A stretch of DNA of 64,000 bases from an uncultured Candidatus Micrarchaeota archaeon. Lineage in GTDB: Archaea > Micrarchaeota > Micrarchaeia > Anstonellales > Bilamarchaeaceae. This document shows, piece by piece, positions 8,116-17,254 of the stretch. Each line of letters begins with the position of its first letter. Position 1 is the stretch's first letter. Made by a program: the position numbers and the translations under genes. The notes below the pieces were generated by a model that saw nothing but the letters and a program-made list of their open reading frames with translations, ran no database searches and was not told the DNA's origin. Location: the NCBI GenBank assembly GCA_963714085.1, contig OY970229.1:512001-576000 (forward strand), read 5' to 3'.

Positions 8116-9438
8116 TCAGGCCATCTTCATGTTCCCCATCTTGCCGCCCTGGAGCATCTGCTCCACCTTCTTCCTGAATCCGCGGTTCTTCTGGAACTGG
8201 TGCATCATCTTCTCCATCTTCTCGAACTGCGAGAGGAACTCGCGCACGTCTTTTTCCGTGCATCCGGAGCCGGACGCGATGCGCGCCATGCGGGACGGGT
8301 GCGCGCGTATGAGCTTGGCGTCCTTCTTCTCGGCCGGGGTCATGGAGTTTATCATGGACTCGAACTTCTTCAGCTTCTCCTCGGACTGCTGGACCATCTC
8401 CTTGGGGACATCGGCCGCGCCGAGCATTGAGAATACGTTGCCGAGGGGCCCCATCTTCTTCGCGGCCTTGAGCTGCTCGTAGAACGTGTCTATGGTGAGC
8501 TCTTCTGTGGCCAGCTTCTCCAGGTCCTGCTCCTTGGAGATCTTCTCGACCTTCTCCATTAGGCCTTTGAGGTCCGGGACCCCGAGCAGCCTGCCCACGA
8601 ACCGCTGCGCGTCGTAGGCCTCGAAGTCGCCCATCTTCTCGCCCATGCCGATGAACGCTATCCTCGCGCCTGTCGCCGCCACCGCGCTCAGGGCGCCGCC
8701 CCCCTTACCAGAGCCGTCCATCTTAGTGACTATCACTCCTGATAATGGTACCGCGGAGTTGAACTCCTCTGCCTGCTTGCCCGCCACCTGGCCGATGTCA
8801 GCCGAGACCACCAGGTACGCCTCCTCCTGCTTCAGCTCCGATGCGATCGCTTTTAGTTCGTCTACCATCTCTGCGTCGAAGGCCGAGCGGCCGGCGGAGT
8901 CCACGATTATAACTTCATCTTTCGAGCGCGAGAGCGCATCCTTGACGATCCTGGCCGCGTTCTTCTCCCCCTTGATGGTGTAGAAATTGGCGTTCACCTG
9001 CTTCGCGAGCTGCTCGAGCTGCTCCTGGGCAGCCGGCCGGTCCACGTCCGCTGCCACCATCCCTACGGAGAGGCCCTTGGACTTGTAGTAGTTGGCTAGT
9101 TTGCCAACGGACGTCGTCTTCCCGCTTCCGTATAAGCCGCAGACCAGTATCCTGTGCCTGTCGAGCCGTGGACTGTAGCTCTCGCCCATCATCCCGGCGA
9201 GCTCCTCGTATACGACCTTCATCACGTGCTCGCGCAGCGTGAGGGCCTCGAGCTTCTGGCTCTTGAGCGCGCGCTCCTCTATCCTCTTGGAGAGCTGGAA
9301 CACCAGCTTGACGTTGACGTCCGAGCTGATGAGCACCCTCTGGAGGTCTTTTATGAGGGAGCGGACCGCGTCCTCGTCGACGTAAGGGCGGTTGGTGAGT
9401 TTCGCGAGCGCCTCGCGGAGTTTCTTTCCCAGGTCCAT
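8116..9438 (-). CDS. srp54: Signal recognition particle protein SRP54
   Basis: GLYGSGKTT, DVDRPAA, DSAGR, TKMDGSGKGGGALS, M-domain SMT..E and RIASGSG. Confidence 0.96.
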   Translation of the reverse strand: MDLGKKLREALAKLTNRPYVDEDAVRSLIKDLQRVLISSDVNVKLVFQLSKRIEERALKSQKLEALTLREHVMKVVYEELAGMMGESYSPRLDRHRILVCGLYGSGKTTSVGKLANYYKSKGLSVGMVAADVDRPAAQEQLEQLAKQVNANFYTIKGEKNAARIVKDALSRSKDEVIIVDSAGRSAFDAEMVDELKAIASELKQEEAYLVVSADIGQVAGKQAEEFNSAVPLSGVIVTKMDGSGKGGGALSAVAATGARIAFIGMGEKMGDFEAYDAQRFVGRLLGVPDLKGLMEKVEKISKEQDLEKLATEELTIDTFYEQLKAAKKMGPLGNVFSMLGAADVPKEMVQQSEEKLKKFESMINSMTPAEKKDAKLIRAHPSRMARIASGSGCTEKDVREFLSQFEKMEKMMHQFQKNRGFRKKVEQMLQGGKMGNMKMA

Positions 9439-9497
9439 TTTTGCATCACTGGGCAATAGTTAGGATATCGCATAATTAAAACCATTCCACCAAGCCC

Positions 9498-9992
9498 CTA
9501 GCCATGGTGGATTTTGGCTTCCTGGGAAAAAGGGTTGAAACTGTCCGGCTCCTTGTAAGCGTAGAGCACTATGTGGCTCAGGGTCTTTGACACGCTGGGA
9601 TTCCCAGCGAGCTGCCGCAGTATGTCATTGAGATGCTCCCTGTCCTTCACCCTCCACATGGAAAAGACGTCCCAGACCCCGGTGGTGGCATAGAGCGCTT
9701 CCAGCTCCTTCATCTTCATGATGCTGCTCAGCTGGAGCGTGTCGCCTGGCCGGCCTTTCTTCACCTTCATCAATATGATCATGTGGAGGCCCATGCCGGC
9801 GTTCTCGTAGTTCATCGCCGCGACGTATTTCGTTATCACCCCCGTTCTCTCCAGCCGCCTCACCCTCTGGAGCAGGGTGTTGTGATGGAGGCCAATCTCC
9901 CTCGCAATCGCCTTGAGCGGTTTTCTGGCGTTCTCGCGTATGTGCGCCATTATCTTGAAGTCCGTGTCATCCAGCTTGATTTTCATGGCCAC
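9498..9992 (-). CDS. Lrp/AsnC family transcriptional regulator
   Basis: LDDTDFKI...NAR..L..IAREIG..RVRRLE..GVI HTH plus RAM domain (TGVWD). Confidence 0.9.
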   Translation of the reverse strand: MAMKIKLDDTDFKIMAHIRENARKPLKAIAREIGLHHNTLLQRVRRLERTGVITKYVAAMNYENAGMGLHMIILMKVKKGRPGDTLQLSSIMKMKELEALYATTGVWDVFSMWRVKDREHLNDILRQLAGNPSVSKTLSHIVLYAYKEPDSFNPFSQEAKIHHG

Positions 9993-10249
9993 CCTCCCGA
10001 GACGATTTACACAATATCAATTGATTTTCCTGTGTTAAAGCACAGGTTTTATATAGAATATGTATGGAACTCTTTATATAATTTACTGTTTTTGCAGGCA
10101 AAAATCAGATTTCCCGCATGATAGCTGGGAGCGGGCGCGTGTAGAAGTTTTTTAAACCTTTTTCGTGAAAAGGGTCTTTAATCAAATTTTAGTATAGGCG
10201 GAAGGACTTAGAGATTCTGCTAGATTGAATGGATTTGAGAGGTGAAATA

Positions 10250-11893
10250 ATGGCAAAACAAGTAAGCGGAGACCAGGTTTATGTGCTCCCGGAAGGGTCG
10301 CAGAGGGTTATCGGCCGCGATGCGATGAGAGTCAATATCGCGATAGGATATGCGGTCGCCAACATAGTCAAGACCACGCTTGGCCCCAAGGGCATGGACA
10401 AGATGCTGGTATCGGATCTCGGCGACATCGTGATAACCAACGACGGAGCCACCATACTCGAGGAGATGAACGTCGACCACCCTGCTGCCAAGCTCATGGT
10501 GGAGGTCGCCAAGACGCAGGACAAGGAGGTCGGTGACGGCACCACGACCAGCGTCGTCATAGCGGGGAACCTGCTCTACCGAGCCGGCGAGATGCTCAAC
10601 CAGAACATCCACCCTACCGTGGTGATAAAGGGCTATGAGCTGGCCGCCAAGAAGGCCGAGGAGACGCTCAACAAGCTGGCTGAGCCGGTCACGCCCACGG
10701 ACAAGGAGATACTCAACAAGATCGCGCTCGTGGCTATGGGCTCCAAGGGCATAGGCAGCGAGGACGAGAAGAAGAAGATCGCGACGATAATATCCGATGC
10801 GGTCATGCAGGTGTCGACAACGCAGAATGGCAAGCACCAGGTGGACCTTGAGCTGATAAAGATAGAGAAGAAGGCCGGCGGCGAGGTCATGGACACCGAA
10901 CTCATCCGCGGAGTGCTGGTCGACAAGGAGATAGTCCACGCGGGAATGCCCAAGTCTGTGAAGGGCGCGAAGATTTTATTGCTCGACGCGGCGCTCGAGA
11001 TAGAGAAGACGGAAGTGGACGCTAAAATAGAGATAACCTCCCCTGACAAGATGGAGGCGTTCCTCCAGCAGGAGGAGAAGATGATGAAGGATATGGTGGA
11101 CAAGATTGCGGCCACCAATGCCAACGTCGTGTTCTGCCAGAAGGGCATAGACGACCTGGTGCAGCACTTCCTCTCCAAGAAGGGCATCGTCGCAGTCAGG
11201 AGGGTGAAGAAGAGCGACATGGAGAAGCTCTCCAGGGCTACTGGCGCTACGATGGCTTCCACCCTGGAAGACCTCAAAGAGGCGGACCTTGGAAACGCTG
11301 GCCTGGTCGAGGAGCGCAAGGTCGGCGGAGAGGCGATGGTGTTCGTCGAGAAGTGCAAGGACCCGAAAAGCGTCACGGTATTCGTGCGCGGCGGGACCGA
11401 CCACGTGGTGAGCGAGGTGGAACGCGCGGTCGTCGACGCGCGCGGGGCGGTGTCCAGCGCGCTGCAGGACGGCAAGTACGTCATAGGCGGCGGCAGCGTG
11501 GAGATGGAACTCGCGAGGGAACTCCAGACTTATGCGGTGCAGATCGGCGGCAGGGAACAGCTCGCCATCCAGGCGTTCGCAGAGGCCCTCGAATCCATAC
11601 CGCGGGCGCTCGCGGAGAACGCGGGCATGGACGTCATCGACACGATCGTCGCGCTGCGGAACAAGCACAAGGAGAGCAACGGCAAGACCATCGGCGTTGA
11701 CGTCGTCGCGGGCAAGGTCGGGGACCTCAAGGCGTTGGGCATCTACGAGCCGGCCAAGGTCAAGAAGCAGGCCATCGTGTCCGCCACAGAAACCGCCAGG
11801 CTGATACTCAGGATAGACGACATAATCAGCTCGAGGGGCAAGGGCGGCGGCATGCCCCCAGGCGGAATGCCCGGCGGAATGGACATGGAGTAG
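10250..11893 (+). CDS. ths: Thermosome (group II chaperonin) subunit
   Basis: [29 protein letters not shown] tail; GAGGTGA RBS before ATG at 10250. Confidence 0.97.
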   Translation: MAKQVSGDQVYVLPEGSQRVIGRDAMRVNIAIGYAVANIVKTTLGPKGMDKMLVSDLGDIVITNDGATILEEMNVDHPAAKLMVEVAKTQDKEVGDGTTTSVVIAGNLLYRAGEMLNQNIHPTVVIKGYELAAKKAEETLNKLAEPVTPTDKEILNKIALVAMGSKGIGSEDEKKKIATIISDAVMQVSTTQNGKHQVDLELIKIEKKAGGEVMDTELIRGVLVDKEIVHAGMPKSVKGAKILLLDAALEIEKTEVDAKIEITSPDKMEAFLQQEEKMMKDMVDKIAATNANVVFCQKGIDDLVQHFLSKKGIVAVRRVKKSDMEKLSRATGATMASTLEDLKEADLGNAGLVEERKVGGEAMVFVEKCKDPKSVTVFVRGGTDHVVSEVERAVVDARGAVSSALQDGKYVIGGGSVEMELARELQTYAVQIGGREQLAIQAFAEALESIPRALAENAGMDVIDTIVALRNKHKESNGKTIGVDVVAGKVGDLKALGIYEPAKVKKQAIVSATETARLILRIDDIISSRGKGGGMPPGGMPGGMDME

Positions 11894-11906
11894 CCTTCTT
11901 TTTTTA

Positions 11907-13217
11907 TTATATCTTTTTCCTTATCAGCGACGAGAGTTCCTGTTTCCTTTTTTCAAGCTTCTCTTTGGATTTGTACTCCATGGTGAGACGCACGAACGGC
12001 TCTGTGCCTGATGCGCGTATGAGGAACCAGCCGTCGTCCTCGTCCACGCGGATGCCGTCCTCCTCCGAGCGCCGGCCTTCGATACGGATTTCTTTCTTGA
12101 CTGAATCGACTACTTCGTATTTCTTATCGCAGGGGAATCTCTCGCGCGCCATCGGATTTGCCTTGAATCCGGAGGCCAGCGCGCTTAGCGGCCCGTTCTC
12201 CACGAATATCTCGATGAGCTTGGCAGCCGCGAGCGGGCCGTCCGGTACGCGGACGCCCTTCTCGTAGATGTATTCCCCGCACGGCTCGCCCCCGAAAAGC
12301 GCGCTCTGCCGCTCCATCTCCTGTGCGACATAAAGCGAACCGACAGGGGTGATGGTTATCTTCCCACCCTGGAATTCCACGGCTTCCCGCACCGCGAGCG
12401 AGGCCTCCATGGTGGAGACTATCTTCTTGTTCCTGCTATTCTTCAGCTCGTGCCGGCACATCATGGCTAATTGTATGTCCAGGGGAAGGACGCGGCCCTT
12501 CTCATCCACCGCGATGGTGCGGTCAGCGTCGCCGTCGTGGGCGAGCCCGAGGTCGGCCCCCGCCTTCAGCACCAGCGCGGACAGATCGGACAGGTTCTTT
12601 GCATTTGGCTCCGACGGCCTGCCGAAGCCCAGTGTGTCCCCGTTGAGCACCACGACCTCGCAGCCCAAATCCTTCAATAGGTTCGGCGTCATTGCAGTGC
12701 CGGCGCCATTGCAGTCTATCACGACTTTCGGCTTTCTTTTCCTGATCGCGGCTGCGTCCACCAAAGATGCCACTAGCCGCATGTGCTCGAATATCGCTCC
12801 CTTATCCACGGAGGATTTCCCGACCTTGTCCCACTGGCAGACCTGGAAGGCATTGCCCGTGTACGCCTTCTCGACCTCCGCCTCCTCCTTGCGGGAGATC
12901 TCCCTGCCGTCCGTGAAGAGCTTGAGCCCGTTGTACTCCGGAGGGTTGTGCGATGCGGTCACCATGATGCCGTTGCAGCCGCGCTTCCGCGTCGCCAGGG
13001 CCAGTGTCGGCGTGGGGACCAGGCCGAGCGAGATCGCATCCTTCCCACGCGCCATCACTCCGGCCATCACCGCGTTGGACAGGGGCATCCCGGTCTGGCG
13101 CGTGTCCCTTGCGACCACCACGTCGCGCTCTGCGAATATATTGGCGATCCCCAGGGCGAGCTCCTCGGTGACGTCTTTGCCGTAGATGCCCCTGATGCCC
13201 GATGTCCCGAATAGCAT
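11907..13217 (-). CDS. glmM: Phosphoglucosamine mutase / phosphohexomutase
   Basis: FGTSGIRG, TASHNP, DGDADR, GGE, RASGTEP. Confidence 0.92.
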   Translation of the reverse strand: MLFGTSGIRGIYGKDVTEELALGIANIFAERDVVVARDTRQTGMPLSNAVMAGVMARGKDAISLGLVPTPTLALATRKRGCNGIMVTASHNPPEYNGLKLFTDGREISRKEEAEVEKAYTGNAFQVCQWDKVGKSSVDKGAIFEHMRLVASLVDAAAIRKRKPKVVIDCNGAGTAMTPNLLKDLGCEVVVLNGDTLGFGRPSEPNAKNLSDLSALVLKAGADLGLAHDGDADRTIAVDEKGRVLPLDIQLAMMCRHELKNSRNKKIVSTMEASLAVREAVEFQGGKITITPVGSLYVAQEMERQSALFGGEPCGEYIYEKGVRVPDGPLAAAKLIEIFVENGPLSALASGFKANPMARERFPCDKKYEVVDSVKKEIRIEGRRSEEDGIRVDEDDGWFLIRASGTEPFVRLTMEYKSKEKLEKRKQELSSLIRKKI

Positions 13218-13281
13218 GAGAAGGTCTTGCCGACGAAAGCTATTTATTGGTATTCTTGTTATTTAAACCAGAGGTGGTATT

Positions 13282-14652
13282 CTGACAGCTATAGATGACG
13301 TACTGAAGTACATCGCGACGAACGAAATCAGGTGGGTAGACCTCCAGTTCTTCGACATAACGGGCATGCTCCACAAGACATCCTTATCCAACAGGAAGAT
13401 ATCAGAGGACATGTTCGGCAAGGGCACATACGCCGCGGACCTCAATGAGGTTTTCGGCAGCTCGCCCCAGGGCGACCTGGCGCTGCTGCCAGATCCGGAC
13501 ACCATGGCCAGGCTGCCATGGGAGCCCAACACCGTGAGGTTCATCTGCGACATGGTAGCCGCGAGCAGCGGCGACCGGTTCCTCAAAGACAGCAGATACG
13601 TGGCCGAGCGGGTGGAGACCAACCTGGAGGCCGCGGGCCTCAAGATATGCAAGGTCGGCACCCAGGTGGAGTGCTGCATATTCGATACCGTCACCACGGA
13701 CAGGACCGCGCCCGGAAGGGGCTCGGGGACCGTCCTGGACTCCAGGGAAGCCAAATGGGGCCCGTCCCCGCTCTCCTCCGTAGGAAAGGGCGCATGGGTG
13801 TGCCAGCCATTTGACAGCCTGTACGCTGCGAGGACGCAGATATGCGAGACCATGGAGGACAGCTTCGGCATGTCCGTGGACGCGCACATGCACGGCAGGT
13901 CGCAGACCGCCCAGCAGATGTTCGAGCTCAACGAGAAGACGCTCAAGACCTCGGCGGACGCGGTCTCCACGCTCAAGTTCGTGGTTAGGAACCTGGCCAA
14001 CGCTGTGAACGCGTCGTCCACGTTCATGCCATACCCGGTGGAAGGCGAGAAGGGCAACGCGCTCAACATCGCTGTGAGCCTATGGAAGGCGGCGGACAAC
14101 AACGCGTTCTATGAGGGCAAGGAGGACTACGCGCAGCTGAGCCAGGCCGGCTACTACTTCGTTGGCGGGCTCCTTGAGCACGCGGCCGCGCTCTCGCTGT
14201 TCGTGGCCCCGACGTCCAACTCCTACCGCAGGCTGGCTATGGATCCGCCGGTGGTGGGCTGGAGCAGCAACGCTCCCAACGCCCTTGTCAAGGTGCCCAT
14301 GGTCAAGAAGAACGTGAAGGAGAACAAGAGGGTGATGTACTGCGGCGGAGACCCGTCCGGGAACCCGCACCTCGCGATTGCCATGGTGGTGGCTGCTGGC
14401 CTCGAGGGCATAAAGAGCAAGATAGAACCCGGCGAGCCCATAGAATCCGAGAAGAAGGGCAAGAGGGTCGCTAAGCCCCTGCCCTCCACGCTCTACGAGG
14501 CCATGGAGGCCCTGGAGTCGGACAACAAGTTCATCAAGGGCGTGGTGCCCTCCGAACTGCTCGGCGACTATCTGGACATGAAGCTCGCTGAGTACAAGAG
14601 CGAAAGGAAGGCGGTCTCGGGCTACGAGCTGCAGAGATACTACAACGTATGA
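13282..14652 (+). CDS. Glutamine synthetase-family protein with a degenerate active site; probable CTG start
   Basis: IRWVDLQFFDITG, L.PDPDT...LPW, TFMPYP, PTSNSYRRL, DPSGNPHL, LPSTLYEA; most metal and substrate ligands are substituted. Confidence 0.85.
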   Translation: MTAIDDVLKYIATNEIRWVDLQFFDITGMLHKTSLSNRKISEDMFGKGTYAADLNEVFGSSPQGDLALLPDPDTMARLPWEPNTVRFICDMVAASSGDRFLKDSRYVAERVETNLEAAGLKICKVGTQVECCIFDTVTTDRTAPGRGSGTVLDSREAKWGPSPLSSVGKGAWVCQPFDSLYAARTQICETMEDSFGMSVDAHMHGRSQTAQQMFELNEKTLKTSADAVSTLKFVVRNLANAVNASSTFMPYPVEGEKGNALNIAVSLWKAADNNAFYEGKEDYAQLSQAGYYFVGGLLEHAAALSLFVAPTSNSYRRLAMDPPVVGWSSNAPNALVKVPMVKKNVKENKRVMYCGGDPSGNPHLAIAMVVAAGLEGIKSKIEPGEPIESEKKGKRVAKPLPSTLYEAMEALESDNKFIKGVVPSELLGDYLDMKLAEYKSERKAVSGYELQRYYNV

Positions 14653-14678
14653 ATTATTTTTTTTATATTCTCATTTTT

Positions 14679-15668
14679 TCAGAGCCGGGCCGGAAGATAC
14701 ATCAGTTTCATCTCTTCTGATATGAACGCCGTTTCAATCTTCTTTACTACCCCGGGAAACCGGTTCCTGATGGCTTTGCCCAAGGCATGGAAATCCCGAT
14801 CGGACGTAGTCTCTATTTCAAGCTCTATTTCCCATGGCCCCACGGCTTCTATCAGATGGATTACGTTGGGCTGCATTTTGAAGAATTCGATGAGTCGGTC
14901 ATAATTCTCCTTCTGGATGTCCTGGAGATACACGACCATCTTGTAATACATGTAACCGAGTTTATTGAGGTCAAGGAGGATGCAATAGCCCTGGATGACC
15001 CCGCTCTTCTCCATGCCCCGGATCCGCGAAGCCACGGTCTTGGGGTCCAGTCCGGTCTTCTGCGCCAGCTCGATAAGCCCCATACGGGAGTTTTCTGCGA
15101 TCAGCTTCAGGATTGCCTTGTCTTTCTCGTCTATGGAAGCCTTTTGGTTTCCGGCGATATAGTATTCCTGCCTGTAAGCCTTAGGAAAGCTCCTTGGTTC
15201 AGCCGGATGCAGCAGGTAGCTTCGCTTCAGGATATACACATCCTTGATTATCGTGATGTCGTATTCCGAGATGAAATTGCCGAATTTTCTCAATACCTCG
15301 TCTTTCACCTTGGAAAACTCCACCACGTCTTTGGAATACACCGCGACCATCAGGTCCCAGCGCCCTTCGCATGAAGCCACCCAGATGATATCCGGATTTT
15401 TTACGAGGAACGAGAAGAACTCTTCCTGTTTCTCCTTTGTCAGGCCAGTGAGCTGGAAGAATATCTTGTAGACGAAATACCCGAGTTTTCCTAGCCCGAC
15501 CTCGGTCACGAATTTCTTTATGAGGCCGTATTTCACCAGTTGTTCGAATCGATAGGAGACGACATGGTACGGCTGGCGGATATTTCTCGCCAGGATCTTC
15601 AGCGGGGTTCTGGAATTCTGGTCCAATTGAGCGAGGATTTTCTTGTCAGTGACGTCTATTCGGTACAT
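14679..15668 (-). CDS. Tandem (double) Lrp/AsnC-type transcriptional regulator
   Basis: Two HTH+RAM units (IDVTDKKIL..NSR and IDEKDKAIL..NSR; GRWD and GPWE). Confidence 0.85.
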   Translation of the reverse strand: MYRIDVTDKKILAQLDQNSRTPLKILARNIRQPYHVVSYRFEQLVKYGLIKKFVTEVGLGKLGYFVYKIFFQLTGLTKEKQEEFFSFLVKNPDIIWVASCEGRWDLMVAVYSKDVVEFSKVKDEVLRKFGNFISEYDITIIKDVYILKRSYLLHPAEPRSFPKAYRQEYYIAGNQKASIDEKDKAILKLIAENSRMGLIELAQKTGLDPKTVASRIRGMEKSGVIQGYCILLDLNKLGYMYYKMVVYLQDIQKENYDRLIEFFKMQPNVIHLIEAVGPWEIELEIETTSDRDFHALGKAIRNRFPGVVKKIETAFISEEMKLMYLPARL

Positions 15669-15790
15669 GTTGTGATTTTAATACAAAATAATTTATAAAA
15701 TTACCTTTTTTTTAGAAATTTGATTATAAAATTATAAATAGTAGCCATGTGTTAGTAAAAGTACAAAAAAGATAAAATGAGGAGAATAAC

Positions 15791-17014
15791 ATGGCGAAGA
15801 ACATGAGAGTTATGCTATGCAATCCGTATTTTCCGAGGAAAGTGAAGGGGGCGCCGCTTAGCCTTCTTTATCTTGCGGGTTCCCTGAAACACCGGACATC
15901 GGGATTCAAAGGCGAAGTCTGCCTGCTTGACTTGAACATAACCAATGGGCCGGATAAGGAACTGGCGGATGGATTGAAGGGGTTCAAACCAACGCATTTC
16001 GGGATAACCAGGTTCACTCCGAATGCTTCCGAATCTGCGAATATCCTTGCGAAAGTGAAGGAATATGACGAGAGAATAGTCACAATCACGGGCGGAGCGC
16101 ATGAGATAACCTACGGGTCGGACAGCCTCCGGAGATTAGGGAAGACCGCCGACCACATCGTATGCGATTTTGATGGCATCGAAGCGTTTCAAAGGATTCT
16201 CGGGGCCGGTTCGGGCCTTCACACCTTGGACATACTTCCTGATTACGGTTTGATACTGCAAAACAAGGAGAAATACCAATTCGATGACCTTTTCAACAGG
16301 CCCATGACGCAGATGATAACTTCGACAGGATGCAATTGCGCTTGTTCGTTTTGCGGTGTCAAGGCGCTTAAGTTAGGGGATCTCGGTGTCGTGATGCGCA
16401 ATATAGAGCACATCGTTTCACTCGGCTATGGGGCCATTGTTTTTGACGACGGAAATTTCATCGGGGACAAGAACCGGACGCTCGAGCTCGCCAGGAGGAT
16501 AAAGGAAGGCGGCCTTTGCTTCGATTGGAGCTGCCAGACCAGGGCGGATAGCGTCGATGAAGAGGTCCTGGATGCGATGAAAGGAAGCGGTTGCACGTAT
16601 ATCTGCACCGCACTTGAAAGCGCGGATTCGCGTGTACTCAAGGCGATATCCAAGAAACTCGGCGTGTCCGATGTGATCAGGGCCGTCGACCTTATCAAAA
16701 AGTCCGGGATGAAGGTCGGCTTGTATGTGATATTCGGTCATCCTCTCGAGATAAGCCACCCCGAGATAGCGGTTGCCACGCTGGATATGGTCGAAACCCT
16801 CAGACCGGATTTCCTTTCAGTCTCCATATTTGCCAGATACCGGGGCGTATTGCCTATGGAAGATGTTAACCGGGAGAAGGATTGGCTTTATTTTGATGAG
16901 GGATGGGGAGCTCATCATGATGCTTCGCTTGCGTATGCGATAAAGACGAAAGAAATGATTGAGGAGCGAATCGGGAAAAAACCAGAGATATGGGACTCGA
17001 TCAAAAGGTTTTAG
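15791..17014 (+). CDS. B12-binding-domain radical SAM protein
   Basis: PLSLLYLAG, GGAH, TSTGCNCACSFC, FDDGNF, WSCQTRAD. Confidence 0.88.
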   Translation: MAKNMRVMLCNPYFPRKVKGAPLSLLYLAGSLKHRTSGFKGEVCLLDLNITNGPDKELADGLKGFKPTHFGITRFTPNASESANILAKVKEYDERIVTITGGAHEITYGSDSLRRLGKTADHIVCDFDGIEAFQRILGAGSGLHTLDILPDYGLILQNKEKYQFDDLFNRPMTQMITSTGCNCACSFCGVKALKLGDLGVVMRNIEHIVSLGYGAIVFDDGNFIGDKNRTLELARRIKEGGLCFDWSCQTRADSVDEEVLDAMKGSGCTYICTALESADSRVLKAISKKLGVSDVIRAVDLIKKSGMKVGLYVIFGHPLEISHPEIAVATLDMVETLRPDFLSVSIFARYRGVLPMEDVNREKDWLYFDEGWGAHHDASLAYAIKTKEMIEERIGKKPEIWDSIKRF

Positions 17015-17055
17015 CTGTGCCCGGGTCGAACCTTCAAATGGACGAAGAAAAAACA

Positions 17056-17128
17056 TGGGCCCGCGCGGATTCGAACCGCGGATCTGCTCGGTGTAAACGA
17101 GCCATGCTAACCGCTACACCACGGGCCC
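17056..17128 (-). tRNA. tRNA-Val(TAC)
   Basis: GGGCCCG acceptor stem, GCTCG-TTTACAC-CGAGC anticodon arm, TTCGAAT. Confidence 0.95.
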
Positions 17129-17254
17129 GATGAATGTTCTGTTATTGCCCTGACTGGATTATAATATTACGCACGGTTTTTGCTCACCGAGCACAAGCTT
17201 TAAAAGCACTGCCGACTTCCATTTTAGGGTTTATACGAATGATGAGGTGAATCG

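Noticed and set aside
14653..17128. Integrated element with att sites at tRNA-Val
   Set aside because: No duplicate of the tRNA 3' end and no integrase found on the other side
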